Shown here in pieces: positions 28,633 to 43,203 of a stretch of DNA of 64,000 nt. The position numbers were made by a program, and so were the translations under genes. The stretch lies in the NCBI GenBank assembly GCA_951406725.2, contig OX597825.1, positions 56,172,001-56,236,000 on the forward strand, given 5' to 3'. The stretch comes from Octopus vulgaris (Eukaryota). Each line of letters opens with the position of its first letter. Position 1 is the stretch's first letter. The notes under the pieces are model-generated. The model ran no database searches. It saw only the letters and a list, made by a program, of their open reading frames with translations, and had not been told where the DNA came from.

Positions 28633-29940
28633 CATACATGCATGCTACACCTACGCGCATTTACATGCACACTGATAGGAAACTATAATTCACATGTATG
28701 CATAAATGCATTTAAACATACTCACGGAGATACACGCACATACACTTACACATATGCAACATATAAACAAGCATTCGTGGGCACACGCACACACATACAC
28801 ACACACATTGACGTGCACAAATGTCTCGGCCATAGCATCAATCACAAGCCCACAAGCACCCAGTGCACACACACACATACGTTTAAAGGGAGACAGGCAT
28901 ACATACATGACATTCAATGCTAATAAGTACACACACAAAGTACGTCTTTAAACGACAATGCATTTTGTAATTCTAAATCAAATGAAAGATTAAAATCATA
29001 ATTTTAAGAGTAACAACGAATTAGATTTCTTTTTTCCTCTGAGTTACTGTTGTTCTTGTTTAAATGTTCATCATCATCATCATAATCATCATCATAATCA
29101 TCATCATCATTATCATAATCATAATCATCCTCATCATCGTCATCGTTATTATCATTATTTATAATTCATGTTTTTTTTTGTTTTGTTTGGCAGCTTTGCA
29201 TGATTTTTATTATCTTTCATTATTATAGTTATTATCATCATTACTGTTGTTGTTGTTGTTGTTGTTATTGTTTTTTGTTGTTTTTGTTCTTGTTACTATT
29301 GCTAGTTGTAACGTTCTTTCTCGATTTTGTTTAGTCTTTGTGTGTGTGTGTGTGTTGTGTGTGTGTGTGTGTGTGTGTGTCCTTTCTACCTTTTCTTTCC
29401 ATCTGATAATTATTAGAGATTTGATGAAATAAAATCTTTAAATTTATTTTACTTTTTATTTTAAAACACTAGACAAACCCTCACACTCTCTCCTTCACAA
29501 ACACAAGCACACATACATATGTACACACGCACATATATATATACATATATATAGATATATTTACATATATACTTATATATATATATATTTAAATGTACAT
29601 CCATACATAATCATACTCATACATACATACATACATACATACATACATACATACATACATACATACATACATACATACATACATACATACACACATACAT
29701 ATATACATACATATATATATATATATGAAAATAATGTTGTTTATCTTTCAGAAGCATTCAATCAGATTATTTAATTAAACTAAAAACTATTTCAACTAAT
29801 AATATTAAAGATAAAAAGAAAAAAGAGCATCGAAAGAAGAAAAAAACCAATGATGGAAAAAATTAAACTTTCGTTTGTAACAAACAGAAGAGAAAAACAT
29901 TGAGAAACACAGAAATAAATATACTCCAGCTATACGAGTT

Positions 29941-29998
<58 letters not shown>

Positions 29999-30355
29999 AT
30001 GTTTGTATGTATGTATGTATGTATGTAAGTATGTATGTATGTGTGTATGTATGTATGTATTTATGTATGTATACGATTGTATGTGAGTAAGCGTTTGTGT
30101 CGGCATGTATGCACGCATACATATGCATACATATATGTTTATGTGTACGCATATGTGTTTTCATATATAAATGAATATATGCGTTTGTATGTATGTATAT
30201 ATATATATATATATATATATACTGATATATAATCCTCGTAAATGTACACATGTGGGTGTACTCATACATTCGTACATACATGCATGCCTATATATATACA
30301 CATCATACATATGTATGCATTTATGTGTTATATGAATACATACATACATATATAC

Positions 30356-30404
<49 letters not shown>

Positions 30405-30850
30405 TATATATATATGCACATATATATATATGTATGTATGTATATGTGTGTATATGATGTAATGTATGCATACATATATATATTGATACATGTGTTTTAT
30501 GTGTGTTTAGAGTGTGTAAGTGTATGTGCTAGTGTGTGTGTCGTTTCATCATTTCGAATAATTTTTTTTTCTTTTTCTAATTAATACTTGCCAAGCCGAG
30601 AATAATTTCATATTGTTCTGGTCAGCTGCAATATCTGTATGTATGTATGTATGTACATATTTCTGTATGTATGTATGTTTGTATGTATGTATGTTTGTAT
30701 GTATGTATGTATGTATGTTGTATGTATGTATATATGTATGTATGTACGTAGGTATGTATATATGTATGTATGCATGCATGTATGTATGTATGTATGTATG
30801 TATGTATGTATGTATATGTATGTATGTATGTATGCATCTGTGTGTGAGTG

Positions 30851-30886
<36 letters not shown>

Positions 30887-31506
30887 CATATTCATATTAT
30901 TCTATAAAATATTGCATATACACATGTGTATATATATATACATATATATGTATGTTTGTATGTATGTAAGTATGCATGTATATATGGATGAATGGATGGA
31001 TGAATAGATGTATGGATGGATAGATACATTCATGTATGTATGTATATATGTTTTCCTGTATACGGAGGCATACTCTCACCACTTGCCACTGGATCAGGAG
31101 CTAAAAAACAATTGATTTAAAAAATAAATCGAAAGAGAAACACACACAGTCAAACCCAGACCCACAGACACAGACACATGCATACATGCACCCACATACA
31201 GACGCATACCCTCACAAAGCTAAACAAACACAACAATAATAACAAGAAAAAAACAAGAAAGCAAACAACAAAAACTAGAGGTAATGCAACAATAACAGCA
31301 ATAAAAATGGCGACCAACGATTATAAAGAATAAACAAGGTTTCGGTTCGTTAAGTAATTCTCTCGTGGACATTCTCTGTTTAATTTGAATTCTTCGGAAC
31401 AAAAGCAACTAAAACCATGAGAATTTTAATCAAATTTACTGCTGACTTTCATGTTTTGAACTTATCCAATAGTTGATACAATATATAGGAAACGGCAAGC
31501 TGTTTG

Positions 31507-31601
<95 letters not shown>

Positions 31602-32556
31602 CATCATCATTATTATCATCATCATCATCATCATTATTGATATTATTATTATCATCATCATCATCTTCAACATTATTATTATTATCTTTATTGTTGTTGT
31701 TGTTGTTGTTGTTCGTTGTTTTCGTCTTCTTAAATGATTTTTTAATCAATTCAAGACCTTTTTTTAAATGGTGAACGGTTTGTTGAGACAGTTACTGAAG
31801 CGTTAAAGACCCGGATTTTATAATTACTGGGTTCGATTCGCGAGTTCAGGTTTTTGGTATTCTACTATGTTACTAATTACTTTATTATTATCTTTTTATT
31901 CTGTTTCTCAGATTATTTAGCCGTAAATCACCTCTGCTCAAAGGCATTCAGCCGTAACCATTCTGTCTTTATCCTGTGCGCAGAGAACTTGGAACCACAT
32001 TAGCGAATGAACCCTTTTATAAGACGTTGGTGGCTGGCATTCGCCCTGAGGGGATTTGGTTGCTATTTCTCGCAGGACAGGTGATCAAGAAAAAGCTCTT
32101 AATTTAGTTCATAATGATATCATTGTTGTTGCTGTTGTTAACAGTCTTGTTAACTACCGAGACACAAATTTGTTGGGTCATGTGTCGTCATCATCAATAT
32201 CGTCGCCGCCACCGTCATCGTCGTCACCGTCGTCACCGTCGTCACCGTCGTTGTTGTCGCCGTTGTCGTCTTCGTTATCATTGTTGTCATCATCATCAAC
32301 ATCTCATCGAACATTATCATTATAATCTTCAAAATAACCAGCCGCAATAGCACCACCACCATCAACCTCATCGTCTTTAACATTATTTTCACACAAAGGA
32401 AGCAGAGTCAGAAATTTGAGATTAAAACGGAAGAGATCACTCTTGCCGACTAGCAGCTTCCAATAGAAGTGTGCGTCACATCTACACACCATAACACTAC
32501 CAATTATTTATGATATATCTGTTTAACATTTACATAGTAGAATCAATGAACTGTGG

Positions 32557-32700
32557 TGGCGCGTGGGCTAGTGGTTAGGATATTGTGCTCATGATCGTAA
32601 GATTGTAGTTTCGATTCCTGGACTGGGCGATGTTCTTGAGCAAAACACTTCATTTCACATTACTCCAGTTCAATCAACCGGCAAAAATAAGTAATTCTGT
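32557..32700 (+). mobile_element. tRNA-derived SINE with a CORE-like central segment, family C (another copy at about 7240-7380)
   Basis: GGCGCGTGGGCTAGTGGTTAGG A-box, GTTTCGATTCC B-box, then GTTCTTGAGCAAAACACTTCATTTCAC, which is shared with 7318-7350. Confidence 0.7.
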
Positions 32701-35206
32701 GACGAACCGGCGTCCCTTCCGGTACGGACTATACACGTCATAGATTCCCAGAATTAAGCCTTATGAACCTCTGGCTTTGGAATGACGTTTGGTCTTCCTT
32801 TTGGATCAATGGCTTGTTCTTGGTAGCACCTACACAACACTACACTACGATTCAATTACCGCTGCATTACTATCGAACAATTAATGTCCGCTGCATTATC
32901 ATTGAACAATAAATGTTGAAATGGCGACCATTTAAAATAATTATTTGCCTTATTAGCAATTAGAAACCCCAGTTTCTCTATATTTGGTTGCCCCGGTAGA
33001 AAGAGCAACCAAATGTCTCTAAAATCACACCATATTATATTGGGAAATGAAACACATCAAATACTGTAGTTCCACGTATCCCTTAAAATTGAGACGGTGA
33101 TCCCTGGAATTCTTATGATATTTGGTCACTTAGAATTCCAAAACACATGAAAGAGTTTAAGTTGTAAAAGATGGTTATGCAATAATGTTACAGGCTTATA
33201 AGCTTGCCAGTATATGCGTGACCCAGCCAAAATAATGACAATCGGGATATGAAGATTCAGAGACGCTGTTGATGTGATGGGTTTTTTTGAAGAATCGATG
33301 AAAATTAAATGTCAAATCAGAATATCGAAGACAGGTAGAATAAAGTGATCACAAAATTTTCTTGACTTTAAACGGATAAGTAATCAACAATAATTCTAGT
33401 GTAAACCAATATATATGAACCGCATGTAATTTACTTGAGCCGCAGAATTTTTCTTGGAAAATGCTTATGGTAAAAAGAAACGTTTAGAATATTTCCTCTT
33501 GGTGTATGTGCATATTGTACACCCATTCTCTGTTGAACTACAACATTGAACTGTCGTAGATGTGGAATGTTCTATAGCTGACTGGTGTTTGATATTATGC
33601 TAATAAACAAGTTATGTCTTCCAGAGTATAGCAAGTTACATAACCATGTTCTGAACGCCCTCCATTGTATATTGATATGGTCAAGGCAAGCAGACACAAC
33701 ATCATTTAGTCAACTCTACGAGAAATAACACACACACACACACTCACGCACACAATAAAAATATCATAGTAGGATCAGAAATATGTGAAAATAAAGATAA
33801 CTCAAATTTGGTGATAAAAGTAGTAAAAATCCCTATAACGTTGTTCAGGCGGAATTTCTACTGACCACAGTGCCCGATTGGTTAAAGGAGGTGAACGTCT
33901 TAAGATATTCCTGATGGCAGGTATTCAATTTGGTCGTTTCTTGACTCAGGAAAAGAGAACAGCTGCGGAAATACGTGTCTCACATACGAATAGAACAAAC
34001 GCTTACGTTCCAGAAATCTCTGCAGGCGACACTACTTCAGTGCGTGTCTGCGCATTTACAGCCACAGCATACTGAGTCCACCTTCGAGAGAGCGTTGGTA
34101 ACAGATATACCACCTGATCAGTTAAACGTGTCCATTCCACAGGTTGAGGAAGAACAGGCGTTACGATTGCGTAAGAAGGAAACTGAAGTACGACACAATA
34201 GTCAGGTGATGTAACCAACTGTCACCTTGGTTCATCCTTACAGGAATAGTTTTTCTCTCAGGCTATTTCTGAAGGATGTTGGCAACCTGATCGTGTGAAA
34301 CGCACCCAGTCGCAAAGTACAAAGCAAGTTTGAAAAAATGTCACACAGCAGGCAGTTTAAACTGATTTAACTGATATATTACTCGATGGCAACTAGTAGA
34401 AATACGCTCAGGCTCACTCATTAATTTGTCAGAATTCAGGTTTAAAATAGATATTTTAACTTTTCCGATAAACCACCCAGGCATCTTCAGGAGCAGTTAG
34501 CATGAAATGTTGTAGATTCGGGCAAATGATAATGTCTTTTTTTATTTTTACATCCTACAATAGAGATAATGAAGTAATATTTCGTTTATGAGATATTTGA
34601 AGATCACTGAGATGTCTTTCAACACCATCTACAAAGGTCGCATTTGAAAGACATTTAATATCAAGATGACAGAATATATTACTGCAGTCACATTGAATCG
34701 ATGGGTTTGAAATTTATCTAAATGTGGGGATTCTGTTGTTGACTCTGTTTATGCCAGTAGCCTCAGTTTGGATACAACTGTAGTTGACTGTGATATTATT
34801 TCATTGAAGCGTTTGTAACGGAAACAGATCTGTTGGAAGTGTTTGCATATAACTTATAAGTAAAAAAAGAAGACTGCGGCGATTATGGGAAACATTTTAA
34901 CTAAAAGTGAGATTAAACCGCATACTCTTTCTTTCTTTTATATTATGATGCTGGACACAATCGATGTTTTTTCTTTGAATCCATTCCATTCTCTTTTAAG
35001 ACATCGTTGCAATAATCGGAAATACTATTAAAGAATGTATCTGAAGCAATTTTTCCCGTTCTTCAGCATATATATGTATATTTTCGTGGAAGAATGTATG
35101 TAAACATATATGCATTTATTCATATATATATATATATATATATAGGTTATAAAATTAAATAAAGTTGGAAAAAACACAAAAGTATATTTTTGAGAATGTT
35201 TAATAT

Positions 35207-35670
35207 TTTTCTTACAGTGAGTGATTTAAAATATAACTGGTTTCCATATATCCACCTTATCAAATATTAAAAAGAATTTGGGTGGAAGTCAAAGAGAAAA
35301 AAGGCTGGTGGGGTTTAATAGTTTGTACCCCTGTTTTACTGCATAGTGAAGTCTTACTTTAGAGTCACTTCTTGTATATGTTTCGTCTATGTAGTTTTGG
35401 TTTGGAGTCCAAGAGTTCATGTTTCAGAAATTCTATTGAAAAGAATATAATTCTTGAAACTTGAACTCTTGTACCCCAACGCAAAACCCCATAGACGAAA
35501 CATGTATAAGTGACTCTAAAGTAAAATTTCATTACGCAGTAAAACAGGGGTACAAGCTGTTAAAATCCACAAATGTTTTTCTCTTTGCCTTCCAAAAAAT
35601 TCTGTTCAGAATTTGATAAGATGGATACATAGAAACCAGTTATAATTTAAATCACTCACTGTAAGAAAGA
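35207..35670. repeat. Imperfect palindrome of about 460 bp flanked by (TA)n
   Basis: TTCTTACAGTGAGTGATTTAAA...TTGTACCCCTGTTTTACTGC...TTTAGAGTCACTT...TGTTTCGTCTATG is mirrored by CATAGACGAAACA...AAGTGACTCTAAA...GCAGTAAAACAGGGGTACAA...TTTAAATCACTCACTGTAAGAA. The centre is near 35437. Confidence 0.9.
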
Positions 35671-35689
35671 TAGCAAACATATATATATA

Positions 35690-35736
<47 letters not shown>

Positions 35737-37219
35737 GTATGTATTACATAGTATGTGTTACAAAGATATACATACACAGACATACACAAACACATACGCA
35801 TACATACACACGTATGCGGCGAATTGGCAAAATGTGGGATATGTCGCTTTGTGGTAATTGTTCTTGTGCATCGTGATCTGAGTTCAAATCCCGTCGAGAT
35901 CGCTTTTGAATTTTGTCTCTCATGGGTCGATAAATAATGTACCAGTCATGAACTAGAGTTGACTATTTTCTCTCTCTAACTCTTCCTTTCTATATTTTCT
36001 GTCTTCTAGAAGAAATCGAATGTAGTCACATCCGGAGAGGTATGGGTTTCAGTAGTCAAAATATCTCCCAATCAAAGCCATATGTCACGATGGCGCCCCT
36101 AAGACTCCATCAAGCCCTTAAGGAGTCATGGCACCAGATAGATATACGTACATAAATACATGTATGTATGTATGTATGTTTGTATGTATGTATGTATGTA
36201 TGTATGTATGTATGTATGTACGTATGTATGTATGTATGGGAAACACAAGGCTAGGTTAGGGATACAGATATATTATATCTATACATGTGTGTGTATGTGT
36301 GTGTGTGAGAGAGAGAAAGAGAGAGAGTTCTCTGTATGTGTAAATATGTTTGTGTGTGGGTGTAACTGCGTGCGCGTGTTATTTATTGTTTACATAACCT
36401 GCTATTGATCAGAGTGGATTTCAGTCCCACCGGCATCTCACAATTATATTATTATCTCCCATATGAATCCTCATTGTATTATCACGTCTCAACTCTGTTT
36501 GAAACAGTAAACATGTATTCACTGTTTTAATCCGAGTTTAAGCAACAATAAAATTAAATTTCATTGTTGAACTCACAGATCACACATCGTAAAAGTAAAC
36601 CACAAATAGTCTCTTTTGTAAATAACGTGAATAATATCAATGAAGGTCACCACATTCTCAGCATGCTATGTAACAAAGAGGACGTTTAGAGGGTCGAATT
36701 GGGGTAAAAACATACCAAAAAGACGCAGGCAAGACACGAAACTACGCATCCGATATACAAGTTTTCACAACCATCTCGAAATTCGATGCCCCTCAGTATA
36801 AAGATATCGATGCGTGATGAGAGTGTATCACAGTCAGGAACACGTAGTATAGGAGTCCTTGAATAGACATATCAATTCGGAAAGACACAGGTTCGTATTC
36901 CTGCGGCTGCTCACATTTCCTATTGTCTTTCGTCTGAATGGTCTTTTTATTTACGCTTCGGCTTGTTTTAAAACTAAAAACGTTACATTTTCGCCGTTCG
37001 ATTCTACGTTATTGTGCAGCAAATTTAATTTAATTATGTGTAACTACCCAGAATATTTGTAACTTACGTGTCGTTCGGTTTCCCGCGTGCGTGTGTTAAT
37101 AAAAGGAAACAAGACTAAATATATATTTATTAATCTTTATTGAATGTGATTTCCATAAATAAATACGTCATATATATATGTGTGTGTGTGTAAGGTATAC
37201 ATAAATATATCCATACATA

Positions 37220-37362
<143 letters not shown>

Positions 37363-37833
37363 CATAGATAGATAGATGTACCTGTATATGTGTGTGTGTG
37401 TATATATATATATACATATATATAGAGATATATACATATATGTGCATAAATATATACATACACATACACACACATATATGTATATATATGCACACACGTA
37501 TATATACACATGTATATGTATATATATATAGATATATATATATGTATATATATATATATGCATATATATATTCATATGTACACACACATACATACACACA
37601 CACACGCATGCATACACACACACATACATATATATGTATGTAAATATAAGTTACTATTGACTTGTGAAAACATATATTCATATTCCTTGGGTACTGTTTA
37701 CTTTTATATGAGTCATTAATTGGTTTATATGTAATCATTCAGATTGTATCCAATCGATTTTAATTCAATCCATCAATCTTAACGAGAAATCACAGCACTG
37801 AGGTAACATTCTGCGCAGCTACGCCATAAATAT

Positions 37834-37867
<34 letters not shown>

Positions 37868-37880
37868 GATACCACTTTTA

Positions 37881-37997
<117 letters not shown>

Positions 37998-38029
37998 GTA
38001 ATGAAGATGATGATGATGAGGATGATGAT

Positions 38030-38812
38030 ATAAGCTAAATGCAAAAGAAATAGACAGAAAAATCCCAACAATGTTTGAGAAGCTCAGGACTCAAAGCAGA
38101 GACTGAGGGATTTTTAATTGCAGCACAAAACCAAAGCCTCCGCAACAGAATGTGGAGATGGGCAAGAATCAATAAATCATATTGTCTCTGGCTGCCCAGT
38201 CCTGGCTAAGAAAGAATACATCCACAGACACGACAGCGTTGGGGCCTGAAAGCTATGCCAACACTATGGAATAACAACAGAAAAAAGATGGTATAGGCAC
38301 ACACCAGAAAAGGTCACAGAAAATGAGAAAGCAACCATACTTTGGGATATCCCAATACACACAGATAGAGAAATTAAGGCCAATAGGCCAAATATAGTTG
38401 TCAGAGATCACGAACAAAAAAATGCTTTCTAATTGATGTATCAATACAAGTAGATGACAACGTGTCTCTAAAAGAAATGGGGAAACTTTCAAAATACAAA
38501 GACCTGGAAATAGAGGTAACCAGAATGTGGAATCTAAAAGCAGAAACAATTCCTATTATAGTAGGCGAATTTGGTATGATAAAAAAATATTCAGACAAAT
38601 AGATAACAAAAACACCAGGATTTACAAATAAATATAACATACAGAAAATTGCACTACTGAGCACTGCACACATCCTACGCAAAAAACTTTCAATACAGTA
38701 CCCATCAGAGTATCTCAACAAATCACGTCACATACCTAAGGCACACAGAGCTGCCCTCGGTAGTGAAGTGAAAGCACGCTGTAAAAATAAAACTACTGAA
38801 CAATAATAATAA
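38030..38812 (+). mobile_element. 5'-truncated R4/Dong-type non-LTR retrotransposon (zinc knuckle plus restriction-like endonuclease) in (TAA)n
   Basis: Broken frames read LRSSGLKAETEGFLIAAQNQSL, CGDGQESINHIVSGCPVLAKKEYIHRHD (CCHC), ILWDIPIHTDREIKANRPNIVV, FLIDVSI..DDNVSLKE..KLSKYKDLEIEVTRMWNLK...IPIIVG and IQKIALLSTAHILRK. It is preceded by a long (TAA)n and ends in AATAATAAT. Confidence 0.9.
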
Positions 38813-38814
38813 TA

Positions 38815-39197
38815 GTCCCTTGGTGGGTGCTGATATGTGCCTCTCTCATCACGAGCAGAAGTAGTGGGACGTATCGTAACCATGTATTGAGAGGAATAAG
38901 GTGGGTGTTGGATAGTTCACCTCTAAAACATGTGTTTTTGTTCAATATCATTAAACAACCCTTATTCAGAAACCTTTCGAGCGGGATGGGCTACTCGACC
39001 TGATTAAAATTCTAACTGGGCCCCACTTGCAAGATCATGCACTGTTTATCTTGATATGAAATCACTATGTCGCCCACATATGGTTGTGATGCACATGCTT
39101 GATGTACCTTTATCAGAGGGTAATCATGATGGGTATATTGAGCTTCGTATATTTTACCTCAGTGTCACCTTGATGACATTCACTGCTCTCTCACTCA
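38815..39197. mobile_element. Non-coding interspersed repeat, truncated copy, followed by (AAT)n
   Basis: Colinear with about 39890-40275 (AAACAACCCTTATTCA, AAAATTCTAACTGGGCCCCAC, CACATATGGTTGTGATGCA, CACTGCTCTCTCACTC). Confidence 0.8.
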
Positions 39198-39212
39198 ATA
39201 ATAATAGTAGTA

Positions 39213-39254
<42 letters not shown>

Positions 39255-39652
39255 GTAATAACAGTAATAATAGTAATAATAGTAGTAATAATAGTAATGA
39301 TAGTAATAATAGTAATAATAATAATAATAATGGTAATAATAATAATAACAACAACAACAACAACAACAACAACCGTAACAGCAACAGCAACAACAACAGC
39401 AACAACAACAACAACAACAATAACAACAACAATAACAATAACAATAACAATAATAATAATAATAATGAAAATAATCCTATCTACTAAAGGCACAAGGCCC
39501 AACTAATCGATGATGATGATGATGATGATGATGACGACGACGACGACAACGACAACGACGACGACGACGACGACGATGACGACGATGACGATGATGACGA
39601 TGATGATGATGATGATGATGATAATGATGATGATGATGATAATAATAATAAC

Positions 39653-39721
<69 letters not shown>

Positions 39722-39725
<4 letters not shown>

Positions 39726-40275
39726 GCCCTAATGCAGTACCAAGCAGTGGCTCTCGTGGCTTCTGATCTTAATTGATTGGAAGTGTTATCATGTACATTT
39801 TTGTCTTGGTATGAAGCTGGGCTACAGCAAATATTCTGCTCAATGCCACAGATTTGCTTGTCAGTTGTTTGACCTTAACCAGTTGAGCATGTCCCTTAGT
39901 GGCTGACGCTATGTGCATCTCTGATCATGAACAGAAGTAGTGTGGGTGCTTCATAGTCATGTGTTGAGAGGGATTCTTTGGGGTTTGAAGTACTAATATT
40001 TGCAAACAAAGATATTTCCTTCAACATCCTTAAACAACCCTTATTCATGGAGCTTTTGAGCGAAATGGGTTACTCGACCAGAAGAAAATTCTAACTGGGC
40101 CCCACCTGCAAGGTTATGTGCTATTTATCTTGATATGAGATCACTATATCGTGCACATATGGTTGTGATGCATGTGTTGGTATAACCTTATCAGACGGCT
40201 AGTCATGATGGGTATACTGGGCTTCGTATATTTTAGCCCAGTGTCATTTTGATGGCATGCACTGCTCTCTCACTC
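39722..40275. mobile_element. Non-coding interspersed repeat of about 550 bp embedded in (TAA)n on both sides
   Basis: Starts AATGCCCTAATGCAGTACC straight after (TAA)n and ends CTCTCTCACTC(AAT)n, the same end as the copy at 38815-39197. Confidence 0.8.
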
Positions 40276-40317
<42 letters not shown>

Positions 40318-40379
40318 TATTATTATTATTATTATTATTATTATAGTAATTATAATTATTATAATAATAATGATGATGA

Positions 40380-40591
40380 TTTCAAATTTTACCACAAGGG
40401 CAGCCATTTTGGGGGAGGGGATATGTCAATTATATCGACCCCCAGTGTTTCACTAGTACTTAATTTATCGACCCAGAAAGAATGTAAGGCAAAGTCGACC
40501 CCGACAGAATTTGAACTCAGAACGCAACGGCAGACGAAATACGGCTACGCATTTCGCCCGGCGTGCTAACGATTCTGCCAGCTCGTCCGCC
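40380..40591 (-). mobile_element. tRNA-derived SINE, family A
   Basis: Reverse complement of the 44141 copy (AAGGCAAAGTCGACC...ATTTGAACTCAGAACG...CGTGCTAACGATTCTGCCAGCTCG). Confidence 0.9.
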
Positions 40592-41536
40592 TTATGCCAT
40601 ACCTACAACCATCACCACCACCACTCCATTGCTGTATCTGGCTTCCTACTTCTGACACTATCCTGTATTCTCCTATCGTTGTTGTTATTGTTGTTGCTCA
40701 GCCCCAGGACAACAGAGAGCCTACGACCAAATTATTCAAGATAGTAAAATTTGGTTTGAAGAACATTCAGCTTTTGTTTTCTGCAGATCGTCTAATTCTT
40801 CGATGATCGTCTTAGCAGTTGTTGCTATTCGGGAACACTGTGGAAGTTGTGCTGGCGTTCATGTCGATGATAGGTCTGGTAATGCTGGTGATAATGGTGT
40901 TAGTAACGTTAAGGGAGCTGTTGGTGAGGCGTTGGTAGAGGATGGTGTCGTGTAGTTGACAACTGTGGTTGCATTGGTGTTGTGATTGGTAGTGTTGGTA
41001 GTGGTAATAATCATGGTCTTAGTGTTGATGTTAATAGCTGTAATGGCGAAGGCGGTGGAGTTAGAGGTACGGCTAGCAGCGATAAAAGTGGTGATGTTGA
41101 CGTTGTTATTGGAGTCGGTATTGGTAGTGGTGGAATTAGTTGAGGCAGTTGTGTTCGTGGTAGTGTTATAGGCGGCGTTACTAGTAGTGGCGCTGCTGCT
41201 GCTGTTGTTGTTGTTGTTGTTGTTGTTGGTGTTGTGGTGGTGGTGGTGGTGGTGGTAGTGGTGATGTTGATGTTCGTGATGATGGTAATGATGGCTGCGA
41301 TGTTTATGGGGAAAGGATCAGAGTCAATGACTTCCATATTATGGAACTGATTCCAAGTATATCATAGATTTTAACGATCCTGGATTCTATGAGTGTATAG
41401 AAACATACATACACACACATACACACGCATACACACACACAGACGCAAATATATATATATATACATACATATATATGTATGTATATCTTTATATATATAA
41501 ATGAATATATGAATATATATGTGGATAAATATAATA

Positions 41537-41589
<53 letters not shown>

Positions 41590-41599
41590 TATATATCTT

Positions 41600-42060
41600 G
41601 TCGGCATAAAAGATCCACTTATCAGCAGCCAATAATCTGTCCAAAAATGGCGGTATACATTCACGTGAGAGTAAAAGAAGCGCTGATGTCCACTCATGCT
41701 GTACACTTGTTTTCTGTCAAATTATGAAGAACCCATTTTCCAAGTTTAGGCACCATTCCAAGCTGTTGCAAATGTCGGTGAACTGTTGAATAGCTTGAAT
41801 TCACCTTTTCAGCTGATTTTTCAACCGTAACACCACCATTTCGATCATGTTCTGACAAACGCAGCTCTTCATTAAACGGAACAAGACGACCTATCCGTGG
41901 AGTTTATATTAAACTGAAATCAGCCTTTCTAAATCTTTGAAACCATCTTAGATTAATCCTTTCATTTAAGGAATCTATCACATCACGAATATTTCGGAAA
42001 GCATATGCAGCATCTTTAAACTTCTAAAGAAAGATATACCTTAAATGTTCCGTAGACACT
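41600..42060 (-). mobile_element. Mariner transposase N-terminal/middle fragment
   Basis: Minus strand reads PPFLDRLLAADKWIFYA (about 41600-41655) and a degenerate LGKWVLHNL (WVPHEL motif, about 41720-41748). Confidence 0.7.
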
Positions 42061-42470
42061 TCCAACTTATGGAGAGGAGGCCAACGTAGCAACAGAAGTA
42101 GTTAATTCATACTATAACGATATTTATTACTACTTAACCTTGTCAAATAGTAATATACAAGGTCGTGGTAGCTCCAGTGATGAAAAGTGGAGTGGAGAAA
42201 TGGCAAGGTGAGCCTAAATATGAAAAGTAAATTTCAGGGGTGAAAATGGTAGCGAAGTCTGAATTACAGTGGTGAAATAGGTAGCGGAGGTGCAAAATGG
42301 ACGTAAAGCACGTGTTCTTTCAACACGTGTTAGGGGCGAAAGAGGGACTAGTGTTGGAGGAAAACTTTTGGAGAGTGATATAAAGGGAGATAATAAAGTT
42401 AAGGTGTGCATATATGTTCATATATACACATATAGTCATAAATACATGCATATATATATATATATGTATG

Positions 42471-42550
<80 letters not shown>

Positions 42551-42556
42551 CACGCA

Positions 42557-42702
42557 TTTATCAAAGCTGCAAAATTGTCACAAAAGCTGCTACTCAGAGT
42601 TCACGTTCACGTTCGTCGGCCAGTTGAAATGAAAAAGTGTCCGACGAACGGAAACGTGAAACTCCGAGTAAGAGCTTTTCGTGATAGTTTTGCGGCTTTA
42701 AT
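42557..42702. ncRNA. Small palindromic element carrying two opposed minimal type I HHR folds
   Basis: Plus strand 42637-42674 reads GTGT-CCGACGA-ACG GAAA CGT-GAAA-CTC C GAG-TA-AGAG. Minus strand 42587-42623 reads CTGG-CCGACGA-ACG TGAA CGT-GAA-CTC T GAG-TA-GCAG. Confidence 0.7.
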
Positions 42703-42801
42703 AAAAGTATATTACTCTACCTTTGGTATTCGAGTACTACATTTTACACTTTGTCTTGCACTTATGTGTATACCTGTGTATATATATATACATATAATAC
42801 A

Positions 42802-42869
<68 letters not shown>

Positions 42870-43032
42870 TTTGTGTACATGCATATATGTGTGTGTGCAT
42901 AGATGGACATCAGTTCCGATAAACAAACAAGAGCAAAAGTATCTATTTATTTGAATCCTTACCTCTCTCCCACATCTCTCTCTCCATCTCTTTCTCTCTC
43001 TCTCTCTCTCTCTCTCACTCTCTTTCTTTATA

Positions 43033-43072
<40 letters not shown>

Positions 43073-43123
43073 CATATACACATAGATATACATAAATGTA
43101 TATTCAGTTATATATATATATTC

Positions 43124-43161
<38 letters not shown>

Positions 43162-43168
43162 CTACATA

Positions 43169-43203
<35 letters not shown>

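Noticed and set aside
32557-32630. Possible real tRNA genes (also 58825-58897 and the SINE A heads)
   Set aside because: A/B boxes are present but I could not draw a clean cloverleaf, and each continues into a repeat body. They are treated as SINE heads.
34455-34500. Minus-strand CTGAAGA...GAAA string (also CTGACGA near 61015 and CTGATGA at 15594)
   Set aside because: Stems I and III cannot be formed, so these are consistent with chance matches.
38253-38721. Two minus-strand ORFs
   Set aside because: They are antisense to the R4/Dong LINE coding region.
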